64,000 nt of DNA from Lama guanicoe (Eukaryota). Below the pieces are notes generated by a model. That model was not told the DNA's origin and ran no database searches. It saw only the letters and a list, made by a program, of their open reading frames with translations. This document shows, piece by piece, positions 39,783 through 51,993 of this stretch (positions are counted from its first letter, which is position 1; the number at the start of each line of letters is the position of its first letter). Location: NCBI GenBank assembly GCA_013239625.1, contig MU053561.1, forward strand, positions 870,826-934,825, in the 5' to 3' direction. Position numbers and translations under genes: made by a program.

Positions 39783-40544
39783 CTTTTCACATTTAAGACT
39801 TAGTTATCTACAAATAGATCTTACCATCTTACACATTTTGACAGATATTTGTGTTATTAAAAAAGCATTTCTTATTATCAACACAGATCATTTCAGGAAT
39901 GTCTTTAAGTTTGGGAAGATGTCTAGCACATAGTAATGAATAAGTGTTTTCCAAAATGCTAATTTTCGATTGATAACTGACATTTTATCATTAGCAACAC
40001 ATTCTGTGTGTTGTTTTCCTTGAATTCCCTTGAATTCTTTTTTCCCTTAATGAGTTTTGCTAGAGACTACACTCAATCTTTCTGGAGCACAAATTTGGTT
40101 TCATATCTTTGTTTTCTATTTCATTACTTTCATTGTTTACTCTCTTGCTTTTATTTTCTTTGAAATTACTTTTTTGTTATTTTTCTAACTTCTTGAGTGG
40201 ACCTCATTAATTTTCAACCATTCTTCTTTTATAATATAAATATAATATATTTATTTCCTTCTATGTACTGATTTATCAGCATCCACAAAGTTGTGATTTA
40301 GTATATTCACTATAGGTTATTTGTAAATGATTTCTACTCCACTATTATTTTTTATTTGATCTGTGATTTATTTAGAAATACGTGTTTTATTTTCCAAATA
40401 CATAATTCTTTTTTAAAAACCTTTTTACCCACTCAAATGACTAAAATTAAAAATACTGATAATGCTAAGTTTTGGTAAGGATGTGAAGCAATGTGAACTC
40501 ACACATCGCTAGTAAGAATGTGAAATGGCAATTAAACAACTTCC

Positions 40545-41410
40545 CTTCTTCTTCTTCCCACTGCTCCCTCCCCTTCTTCAGACCCTGGAAACCGCTATTT
40601 TACTTTCTATCTCTGTGAGCTTGACTATTCTAGATAATTCATGTAAGTGAAATTATACAGTATTTGTCTTTTTGTGACTGGCTCATTTCACTTATCATAC
40701 TGTCCTCAAGGTTCATTTGTGCTGTAGCATATGTCAGAATTGCCTTCCTTTGTAAGGCTGAATAATATTGCATAGTGTGCTTATATCACATTTTGTTTAT
40801 CCATTTATGTGTCAGTGAACATTTGGGTTGCTTCCAACTTTTGGCTTTTGTGAATAATGCTGTCATGAATGTGGTTATACAAATACCTATTCAAGAGCCT
40901 GCTTTGTATTCTTTTGTATGTATACCCAGAAGTGATATTGCTAGATCACATGGTAATTTTATTTTTAATTTTTCAGGGAATCACCATACTGTTTTCCATA
41001 GCAGTTGGACAGTTTTATACTCCAACCAATAGTGGACAAGGGTTCCAATTTCTCCATCCTCACCAACACTTGTTATATTCTGGGGTTTTTGTGAGTTTTC
41101 TTGTTTTTATGGGGTGTTTTTTATAGCTGCCTTTCTACTGGATGTGAGGTGATATCTCATTTTGTAGTTTTAATTTGCATTTCCCCAATGATTAGTGATA
41201 TTGAGCATCTTTTCATATGCTTTTTGACTGTTTATATATCTTCCTTAGGAAAAAAACTATTCAAGTCCTTTGCCCATTTTTTAATCAGGCTGTTTTTGTT
41301 GTTGTTGTTGAGTTGTAGGGGTTCTTTATTTTCTCCCATTTCATAGGTTACCTTTTCACTTTGTCAGTTGTGTCCTTTAATGAACAAAAGTTTTTTAATT
41401 TAATGTAGTT
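40545..41410 (-). mobile_element. LINE-1 (L1MB-like) 3' region
   Basis: tttgtgactggctcatttcactta...ttaatttgcatttccccaatgattagtgatattgagcatc. Confidence 0.8.
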
Positions 41411-41639
41411 CCCCCAAACTTTCATTATTTTCTTAGACCTAAATTATAGGGGCTATCAGATATACCTACATGAATATTTAATGTAAAAACTTACTGAAGA
41501 GATAGATTTTATTTAAAAAATAATAAACTCTTTGCCATCATGTCCTCTAAGGGATAGACATCTTATTCTTCCTCAAGATAGGAATTTGGCCATTGTTATC
41601 ATTTCTTATTATTCATGTTCATTTCCTGTAAGAACAATG

Positions 41640-41879
41640 ATCATCTAACTTTTCCTGCAGAAGTATGGATAGTAAATATTTTAGGCTTTCCAGGTCTCAT
41701 GTGTTCTCTGTCGCCACCACCATCACCACCTCTCTTCCTCCTCCTTTTTCTTTCTCCTTCTTCTCTTTTTTAATATTTGACTACCCTTTAAAAATGTGAA
41801 AACCATTCTTAACCCAAAGGCTGAATAAAAACAACCCACAGGTCAGATCTGGCCTTGAGCAGCAGTGTGCTAACCCCTG
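41640..41879. mobile_element. MER58-type hAT MITE
   Basis: agtaaatattttaggcttt...aaaatgtgaaaaccattctta...gtgctaacccctg. Confidence 0.7.
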
Positions 41880-41889
41880 CGTATGAGGA

Positions 41890-42256
41890 TTATATGTCCT
41901 CATCCATTGTCTTGTGACTGACATTGCATCCTATAGGAGCAGCATCTATTCCTACCAGTGCTGTTGGGCTTGTCCACGTGACTTCTTCAGCCAGTGGAAA
42001 GTGAGTGAGCATGATACACACCATGCCGAAGCAGAATCTTTAAAAGCCATTCCGTGTTTGTTTTTGGTTTCTTGCTCTTTTTTCCTTCCTTCCAACTCCT
42101 TCAGTTTGGGTCCTGAAATGAGAAACTATATAAAACAGAGTTGTAGCCAGCCTATAGCTACCAATATGTCATGTGAGTGAGAAAGAAAACATTGCTGTGA
42201 GCCACCTATATTTAGGATTGTTACCCAGCATACCCTAGAAAAAGCTGACTAATATA
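41890..42256 (+). mobile_element. MaLR LTR remnant (MLT1I/J-like)
   Basis: cacgtgacttcttcagccagtggaaagtgagtg...ttgttacccagcata...gctgactaata. Confidence 0.6.
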
Positions 42257-43361
42257 ATGCTGAAGATAAATACATATATATACACAGACACACACATATA
42301 CAGGACAAACAGTATATTTTAGATGGAGGTGACTTTTAATTCAGGAACAGGCTTATAGAAGCTAATTATTTAGCTCTGGAAGTATAGACAAAGGAAAAGT
42401 ATAGAAACATCCAAATGTGTACAGGCAGATATTCATTGGCAAACATAAATACTGACATGAGGCAGACCAGTTGAAGAGAGTGAGTGAGAGTTTATCATTG
42501 ATAACAGCTCTTTTCATTAAAATCAGATCCCCAAACAAGGATCCTGTTAAGGGGATTTGTGATGGGGATGACAAGAGCCTAATGAAAATAACTCAGCATG
42601 AAATTGCTAGTCTCCGAGAGGAAATGATACATGGGAGTTTGTGAGTCTGGTAAGTTTTCCAAGTGTCCTAACCAAAACTGGTAGTACCTGATTTCTGGGA
42701 AGATACATTTATATGGGAAATAATGAAATCTTAAGGGACACTTAAGACATTTTATCCAAGATTTACCAAATCAGCTAATTGCTTGAATGGCTTTGATAGA
42801 TACATAGCAGCTGTATTTTTTGGAATCGTGCTATCCTATACTCTCCTTATTAATTAAATATTTTTGAGATAATTTCAAATGCAGTAAAATACAGAGAATA
42901 ATGTAACATTCATGTCCCCAACACCAAGGATAAATATTGACGTTTTTGTCATACTTGCTTGACTTCCTGTATTAAACAAATAATTATAAAGTTGAAAGGC
43001 CTCTTAATTCATTCCTTGCCTACTCCTTTAACCCTTCCTCCCTGCATCCCTTTTCTCTCTCCCCAGGCAGCCAAAATCTTGGATTTGGTCTACGCCGATC
43101 TAGTCAATTTTTCATACCTGTTTTCATATGTAATTCCAGGAGCAACATGTAATATTTTTAATTGTGCAGCTTAAAGAAATAAGTGTTGCCATATTGTAGA
43201 ACCTTTCTGCAGTTTTCATTTTGCACAGAGCAGTCTGTTTTTGTGATCTCATGTTTAGATGTATGAATCTAGCTCATGTCTTCTATTTGTTGTATAGAAT
43301 GCCATTATATAAATATGCCACATTTTATTTAGGTGTCACACTATTAGTAAACCTTTAATAT

Positions 43362-44800
43362 CATTCATGCATTCATTTAACAAATATTTATTGAGCATTT
43401 ACTGTGTCCTAGGCTCTGTGTTAGGTACTCATGTTATATCAGTGAAGAAAACAGACAAAAATCTTTGCCTCCATGGTTCTTACATTCTGTTGGGGAACAC
43501 AACGTAAATGATAGCTATAATAAATAAGCCAAACCTAAAGTATATTAGAATGTGATAGGTTATGTAGAAAAAGATTAAGAAGAATTGGGAGTGGTGTTGA
43601 GGGAGATAGATTGCTATTTTAAACAGCTTAGCTAGGGGAATAGTGTTAGATATTGAGAAGACAATATTAGATAACTAACAAGATAATATTAAAGCAAAGA
43701 CTTAATATGAGGGAGTTAGTGAGGTGAATATCTGGGGGAAGAGAATTCCTAAGTGCAAAGCCCCTAAGGTGGGAACGTGCCCGGTGTATTCAGGGAACAC
43801 AAGGAGGTCAGTGGCTGAAGAAGGGGGAACAGAGGGGAGAGGAGGAGGATTCGAATCCAGACGTTATCCCGGGTTGAATGGGAAGAAATGGTCATTAGGC
43901 CATTGTAAGGACTTTGAGAAGATGGGAAGTCCAGGATTTGGAGCAGAGAGGCAACGCGGTCTGTGTTTTAAAAGGATCACTTTGGCTGCTGTTAAGAATA
44001 GACTGTGTGGGAGCAAGGTTGGAAGCAGGGAGATCAGCTGGCAAGTTGTTACAGTAATCCAGGTGAGAGGTGATGGTGCCTCAGACTAGAGCAAAAGAGG
44101 TGAAAGTAAGATTCTGAACATATTCTGAAGGTTGAAGCAACAAGATTTGCAGATGGATAAGATGTGAAAGAAATAGAGATGTGTGAGAGAAATAGAGGAG
44201 TGAAGAATGACTCCAAGGTTTTTGCTTAAGTAACTGCAAGGGTGGAGTTGCAACAGAAAGGACAGCAGTGGTAGAGCAAGTTTGGAATGGAGGACCAGGA
44301 GCTCAGTTCTGAATAGACTGAGTTTGAGCTGTCCATTAGATAGCCACACAAATATGCTGAGTGGATAGCTGGCTACGTGAATCTGGAGTTCAGCAAAGGG
44401 GTCTGGCTAGAATTGTACATTCAGAAGCCAGCAGTTATATAGATTGTAGTGAAAGCCACGAGGTGAGATGAAGTTGCAAAAAGAGCGAGTGTCAAAAAAG
44501 AATATAAGAAACAAGGACTAAAACTTGAGTGTCTGCCATATTAAGAGATTAAGGAGGAGAGAAAGGACACACACAGAGACTGAGAAGAGACACTATGGAA
44601 ATAGGGAGGTAAACTAATAATGCAGTGTCTGGGGAGCAAAGGGAAGAAAGTCAATCAGGGTGGAAGAAGTAATTAGTTGTGTCAAATGCTGCTAAATATG
44701 CAAGCAAGGTGACAACTTGATCCTAACCATTAGCATTGCTGGCAGTGATGAGTGGCCGTAGTGGCGTGGTAGAGGCGAAACCTCTGAGTTGAGTGGGTTG
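43362..44800 (-). mobile_element. L2 LINE remnant
   Basis: cattcatttaacaaatatttattgagcatttactgtgtcctaggc, followed by the L2 body. Confidence 0.8.
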
Positions 44801-45089
44801 AAGTGAGAAGGGGAGGCTCCTCAAACACAGCGGCAGCTCTGGTCTGGCATCTTTCTCTTTCTTCAGGATGAGAACCCATTCTTCCAACTCACCTTTTGAA
44901 AGGATCTGGAGTAGCTTTAATATAAAGGCCACCTTTTCCTATGGGGAGAAAATTCCTATGTGGAGGAAAATGGAGATTGTGGCAAAGATCAGAAAATCAG
45001 GATTACGCAAACTATGTTATCTTTATTGCCTCGGAATAATTAATGGGTGATGTCCCAAAGAATGGTCGTGATGAACTCCACTTGCATAG

Positions 45090-48000
45090 TTTTTAAAACA
45101 GCCTTACTGAGATGTAATTCACCTACCATACAATTTACTCATTTAAAGTGTACGGTTTAATATACACCTTGCACTTTACAATGTACACTTTTAGTATATC
45201 CATCACCACAGTCAAGTTTAGAACACTTTCATCACCCCAAAAAGAAACCCTGTACCCATTAGCAGTCACTCTCGTCGCCCCTCTAACCCTCTCCATGTAA
45301 TATTTATCATTACTTCATTTGTTGTTATTGTTGAATGATATCCCATTGTTGAATACTACATTTTGTTCATCTGTTCTTGAGCCAGTGAACATTTGGGTTG
45401 CTTCCACTTTTCCACATGTTTATACGTGAAAAATGCTATCATAAACATTGGTGTCAAGTTTTTGTATAGTTATATGTTTTCAGTTACCCTGGTTCATACC
45501 TAGGATTGGGATTGCTGGATCGTATGGTAACTTTATATTTAACATTCTAAGGAACTGTTAAACTTTGAAAGGGGCTACATCGCTTTACATGAGAGTTCCG
45601 CCACCAGTGGACAGAGGGTCCCTGACTTGGAATGGTTCAACTTAACAATTTTTCGATTTTACAGTGGTGCTAAAGCCATAAGCATTCAGTAGAAATCATA
45701 CTTCAGGTTTTGAATTTTGATTTTTTTTCCCCAGGCTAGCAATATGTGGCTTAATACTCTCTATGATGTTGGGTATCAGTGGGGAGCTGCAGCTTCCAGT
45801 CAGCCATGCCGTCAGGACGGTAGACAATGGATGGACACACAACAATTCTATGCCTAGACAACTAACTGTTCTGTTTCTCCCTTTCAGTACAGTATTTGAT
45901 AAGTTACATAAGCTATTCAGCACTTTATCATAAAACAGATTTTATGTTAGATAATTTTGCCCAACTGTAGCTAATGTTAAGTGTTCTGAGCACGTTTAAG
46001 GTAGGCTAGGCTAAGATATGACGTTCAGTAGGTTAGAAGTATTAAATGTGTTTTCAACTTAGGATATTTTCAACTTCACGAAGTAACCCCATTGTAAGTT
46101 AGGGAAGATCTGTATAGGGATTCCAAATTCTTCATTTCTCTCCTAAACTTTTTATTGTTTGTCTTTTTTTAACAATCCTAGTGAGTGTAAAGTGGTATCT
46201 CAATGTGTTGGGTTTTTTCATTGTGGTTTTGATATGCATTTTCCTAATGACTAAAGATGTTGAGCATATTTTCATGTGCTTATTAGCCATTTGTATATCT
46301 TCTATGGAGAAGTGTCTTTTTCAAATCCTTTGCCCATTTTAAATTGAATTTATCTGTCTTTTCATTGTTAAATTATGAGTTTTTTATGTAGTCTGGATAC
46401 AATGCCCTTATCAGATATAATTTGCAAGTAACTTCTCCCATTTTGTGAATTGTCTTTCACTTTCTTGATGATATCCTTTTTAAGTTTTGATGAAGACCAA
46501 TTTATCAGTTTTTTCTTTTGTTGCTTGTGCTATTGGTGTCATACGGTCTAACAAATCATTGCTTAACATAGGTCATGAAAATTTACTCCTTTTATTTTCT
46601 AAGCATTTTATAGTTTTGGCTGTTACACTGAAGTCTGTGATCCATCTTCAGTTATTTTTTATGAATGGTGAGAGGTGGAGGCCCAGCTTCAGTCTTTTGC
46701 ACGTAGCTATGCCTGTAGAAATTCAGTTGCCCTAGCATCATGTGTTGAAAAGACTATTCTTCCCCCATAGAACTGTCTTAGCATCTTTATTGAAAACCAA
46801 TCGACCATGGATGTATGAATTTATTTTTGGACTCTCACTTCTTTTCCATTGATCTACATATTCTGTCCTGATACCAGTACTAAATTTCTAAATTGCTATA
46901 GTATTACAGTGATTGATTTTTAAACCAAGCTTGCATATCTGGAATAAATCCCACTTGATTGTATTGTGTTACTCTTAATATATGTTGCTGGATTCAGTTT
47001 GCTAGTGTTTTGTTGGGTTTTTACATCTATATGCATGTTATTGGTCTGTAGTTTTCTTTCATTATATCTTTGCCACGTTTTGGTTTCAGAGTAATACTGG
47101 CCTCCTAGAATGAGAAAGGAAGTGTGCCCTCTTTTTTTGTTTTTTGAAACAGATTCTGAAGAATTGTTAATTTTTTTAAATGTTCATTAGAATTCAATAG
47201 TGAAATCTGCCCTCTCCCCCCTACTCCCCTAGGGTTCATTTTTGTTGTTGCTATGTCTGTGTAGTGAACTTTTCTGCAGCAGTTCTGTAAAGTCTGTCTC
47301 CACAGTCAGGCATGGCCACTGCAATCTCTGCTGGGTTAGCTTAGTGCTCAGGAAATGATTGAGCAGAAATCTGCAAATGCTTTGATCTGAGATTTTCAAC
47401 CCTTTATTGAGGGGCTTACACCAGGCCTCAAGGTGAGCCAGAGGTAAGAGATCAGGATCTTCTCAGGTCTTTTCTGGATGTGTGCACAGCCCTGCACAGA
47501 CATGTGGCCTTCCGGATGCCCAGGAATACGTCAGGTCTTTTCGAAGTGCTCTATAAGCATGCTCTTTCCCAGCTTTTCTCCATAAGTTTTTATTTTCTCC
47601 TACTGGTATCAGCACCTCAGGCAGCTGTAATATTAAATCATTGCTGATAAATTTTTCTGGAAGAATGTCCAAGGGATAGGCTTTTCCCCACTGAGTGAGC
47701 TCTGAGTCAGGTCATAACAGCAAGCCCTACAAACGGGGCTTTTCCAGGGAGCTGTCGCACAGGTGAAGTAGTGATGATTCTCTGAGCTTGGGTCTGCAAG
47801 AGGAGCTCCAAAGCCAGACGTTCCCTTCCAGGGGCTGCTGGCTGCTGTTTCCATGACTACCACAGATACAGGGAGAGGCTGATGGGAACTGGGCAAGTTA
47901 AAATGCCACGGAGCTCTCTGTTCTTACTGAGATTTGGATGTTTTTCTTAAATAAATACTCTTCAACTAATGGCAAGCCTCTGGTTAATTTTCCAGAGTTT

Positions 48001-48100
48001 TATAAAAGTGACTTTGACAATTTTTGCTTATGTTCTCATTGCTTTTATGGAGGAACAGATTTTCAGAAGTTGTTATTCTGCTATTCCAGAAGTCCCTTCA
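45090..48100 (-). mobile_element. Composite old LINE-1 fragments, interrupted by a Tigger-type MITE
   Basis: L1MB-like 3' end (catttaaagtgtac, ccctgtacccattagcagtcactc) and ORF2 remnants (tgttgaaaagactattcttccccc). 47210-48100 resembles an L1M 5' region (weaker call). Confidence 0.7.
45612..46112. mobile_element. Tigger-family MITE (MER47/Tigger5-like), nested in an L1
   Basis: Longer relative of 32335-32672; ends in gaagatctg|ta. Confidence 0.8.
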
Positions 48101-48250
48101 CCTTATTTTAAAAACCGAAAAAGTTTTGATTGTATTTTATTCAAGGCCAAATGTGGTTAGATTTACAAGCCTCTTACGTATTTTCACAAACTGAACATAC
48201 CTGTGCACAAGTTACATGAGTAATTTGCAATGCTCTTCATGCCCCTTTTC

Positions 48251-48651
48251 TTTTTGTAGTTTTATTTATATATGTATTTATTTTATTATATCATATTTTT
48301 AAATTGAAGTATAGTTGATGTACAATATTATATGTTAAATTTATACAATATAGTGATTCACAATTTTGTGAATCACTATATTGATATTTGGTATTTGATA
48401 AAGGTTCTACTCCATTTATAGTTATTATAAAATATTGGCTATGTTCCCCATGGTGTACAATACATCCCTGTAGCTTATTTTATACCTGATAGGTTTTGTA
48501 CCTCTTCATCCTCCACCTCCATCTTGCCCGTCCCCCTTACCTCTCCCACTGGGTAACCACTAGTTCCTTCTCTACATCTGTGAGTCTGTTTCTTTTCTGT
48601 TATATTCACTAGTTCGTTGTATTTTTTTGGATTCCACATGTAAGTGTTCAT
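48251..48651 (-). mobile_element. LINE-1 3'UTR fragment
   Basis: aaattgaagtatagttgatgtacaat...gggtaaccactagttcc...attccacatgtaagtg. TSD tgccccttttc at 48240-48250 and 48652-48662. Confidence 0.85.
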
Positions 48652-48689
48652 TGCCCCTTTTCAATTGCTAACCATCCCTTCCCCCAAGA

Positions 48690-49420
48690 TAACCTGTTTT
48701 TAAATTGAATATAATTTAAATTATTTAGTACATACTCTTTTATGTCTGGTTTCTTTCATTCAGCATTATGTTTAAGAGATTCATCCATGTCGTTGAACGT
48801 AATTGTTCAGTCTTCCTCATTGCTGTAATATTCCATTGAGTGAATATGCCAAATTTATGCATTCTATGTAAGTGGACATTCAGATTACTTACAATACAGG
48901 CTGTTACAGTATATTCTTGCACATATATTTTTGTGAACATATATAAACATTTCTTTAGGTATATACCTAGAAATGGAATATCTAGGTCATATGTTACATG
49001 AATGATGAGTGTTAGTGGATAGTCAGTTTTCAAAGTTGGTATACCAATTTATATTCCCACAGCACTGTTTAAGCGTTCTGTTTTACTCAATATCCTTGCC
49101 ATAGTATTTGGCTTTTCACTTTAATCATTCTGAGTGTATAATGGTATCACCCATTATGACTTCAATTTGCATTTAGTCCATTTGGCCAATTTTCATAGGG
49201 TTATCTGCTTTTTTCTTATCAACTTGTAGGCATTCTTTGCATATTTTGCATGCAAATATATATTCTGTATAGGCTTACAAATATCTCCTCCCACTCTGTG
49301 ACTTGCCTTTTCCCTCTTTAAATGGTGGTATTTGATAAAGAGAAGTTATTAATTTTATGATAGTTTAAGTTATCAAATTTTTTTGCTTTACGTTTAGTAC
49401 ATTTTAGATCCTATGAAAAA
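48690..49420 (-). mobile_element. Old LINE-1 remnant
   Basis: ttctttcattcagcattatgtttaagagattcatccatgtcgttg...atatacctagaaatggaat. Confidence 0.7.
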
Positions 49421-49954
49421 TCCATACTGACCAAAGGAAATTAAAGATGCAACCAATTGATTTAATTTTTCTACAGATTTTTAAAAGACCCATTATTTAG
49501 GCAGGGCGTTTTAGTCTACCATGAAGAATACTAGTGTTTCCCCACAGGCGTGTTGTACAAATGATTGTCCTCTTTCATTCACAGAAATATTTATAAAACA
49601 TCAAGCCTTACATAACTCTATTCCAGAATTTCTTTTGTTTCTTCCTATCAAACCCAGCAGTTCCACTGAGTATATTTCTTACCCTCTTTGTTTCTAATCA
49701 CCCTGTCTTCTGTTTTCAGAGATAACAGAGCCCATTAGAGTTGAAGTTCTCTAACTTTCTGTTCTCCACTCCTATCCCACTAGCTCCTCATCTATGTTTA
49801 TTTCCCCTCATCCTTTTACAGTGAAAGATATTTCACAGAAAGTAGATCTATCCCACCTTAAAAAACAAAACAAAAACTTTATTCTCTAACCCCCACTAGT
49901 TATCTTCATTTCCATCCCTCCTTAAAAAGGAAATGTCTTACACACATGATAAAT

Positions 49955-50192
49955 TACATAGAAGGTAATATACCCACACAATGAATGCATGTAAAATTGG
50001 TGAAATCTAAATAGGGTGGATGGATTGTATCAAACTTGATTTCCTGTAAGTGTAATGTAAAATAAATTATATTATAGTTATGCAAGATGTTGCCATTGGG
50101 GGAAACTGGGTGAAGGGTAATACTTGATCTCTTAGTATTATTTCTTACAACTATATTCGAATCTATTATTATCTCAGAATAAAATGTTAAAA
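49955..50192 (+). mobile_element. LINE-1 (L1MC-like) 3' end
   Basis: atgcaagatgttgccattgggggaaactgggtgaagggta...tatttcttacaact. Confidence 0.7.
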
Positions 50193-50960
50193 CCAGAGTC
50201 TTTCTAAAAAGTTATCTGTCATAATAATAACTACCATTTGCAGGGTGCTTACTGTGTGCTAGGTACTGTTCTAAGCACTGTCAGGTGGATACTAGTGTTA
50301 GTCTCATTTTGTAGATGATGAAACTGAGGTTAAACCACACAGGGTTACCCAGCTAATAAGTGGCAGTACTGGTGTTTAGATCTGGTAGCCTAAGTCTTCC
50401 ACTCTGCTTGCTATACTTCTTGTACATCTGTCTTCATATCCTACCTCCTGGTCACATGTCAACTCACCCCTCCAAAATTTAGCTTTCCATCCCAACCAGC
50501 CCCCTGAAACTGTTTTGCCTGGATTACCAACAAGTTGCTAAATCTAGTGGATTCTTTCTGGTTGTAACCATTCTTTCTGCAGCCTTTGTTCATACAGTCA
50601 ACAAATATTTGCTGAGCACTTACAGTGTGCCAGATTCTTGTTTTACAGCAGGGAACAAGATAGGCAAAACTGCTGTCACCGAAGACTATACGTCTTTACT
50701 TGTTACATTAGGAGGTCAGAAGTCTTAAGTCACTGCTAACTTGTTTGTGGATGGTCAACAGACCACTGTATTATTCCATATTTTTGTTTTTCTGGAGCTA
50801 AAACAGATTGTTTTTGTTATAATAGATATTGTTATTTTATTTGTGGTTTCATAAATAAATCAGAATGTACTATGTTTAATGCCATTTTCACTTTTCTCCA
50901 GATAGAAATCTTAACCTTTCCAAGCAGTTGTCATGAATATGAATAAATTAAGAGAACCAA

Positions 50961-51448
50961 CAATATTGCTAATTATCAGAGAAATGCAAATCAAAACTAC
51001 AATGAGGTATTACCTCACACCAGTCACAATGGCCATCATTCAAAAGTCCGCAAACAGTAAGTGCTAGAGAGGAGGCAGAGAAAAGGGAACCCTACTACAC
51101 TGTTGGGGGGAATGTAGTTTGGTGCAGCCATTAGGGAAAAGAGTATGGAGAGTCCTCAAAAAGCTAAAAATGGACTTACCATATGATCCAGCAACCCACT
51201 TCTAGGCATATATCTGGAAGAAACTCTAATTTGAAAAGATACATTCACCCCAGTGTTCATAGCAGCACTGTTTACAGTAGCCAAGACATGGAAGCAACCT
51301 AAATGTCCATGACTGGATAAAGAAGATGTTGGGGGGTGTGTGTGTGTATGTGTGTGTATATGTGTGTGTATATATATTCAATTATATATACACATATATA
51401 CATACATATATGTATATTATATATGTATATTATATACACACATGTATT

Positions 51449-51540
<92 letters not shown>

Positions 51541-51993
51541 GGAATACTACTCGGCTATAAAAAAGAATGAAATAATGCCATCTGCAGCAACATGGATGGA
51601 TCTGGAGATTGTCATACTAAGTGAAATAAGCCAGAAAAAGAAAGAAAATATCATATGATGTCACTTACATGTGGAATCTAAAAAAATGAGATAGATGAAC
51701 TTACTTACAAAACAGAAACAGACTCACAGACATAGAAAACAAATTTATGGTTATCAGGTGAGAAAGGGGCAGGTGGAAGGATAAATTGGGAGTTTGGGAT
51801 TTTCAGGCACTAACTACTATATATATAAAATAGATAAACAAGTTTCTTCTGTATAGCACAGGGAACTATATTCAGTAGCTTGTAATAACCTATAATGAAA
51901 AAGAATATGAAAGGAATAATTTCTGAATCACTATCCTGTACCCCAGAAATTAACACAACATTCTAAACCGACTATAATTCAATAAAAAAAAAA
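50961..51993 (+). mobile_element. LINE-1 3' fragment containing an expanded microsatellite
   Basis: Same ORF2 C-terminal and 3'UTR sequence as the 26004 copy (aattatcagagaaatgcaaatcaaaactac..., [13 protein letters not shown]), ending in aataaaaaaaaaa. Confidence 0.93.
51452..51537. repeat. Perfect (AC)~43 microsatellite, preceded by a GT/TA compound repeat from about 51337
   Basis: Read directly from the sequence. Confidence 0.95.

Noticed and set aside
51299..51658. His/Thr- and Cys/Val-repeat ORFs
   Set aside because: These are translations of the (AC)n microsatellite.
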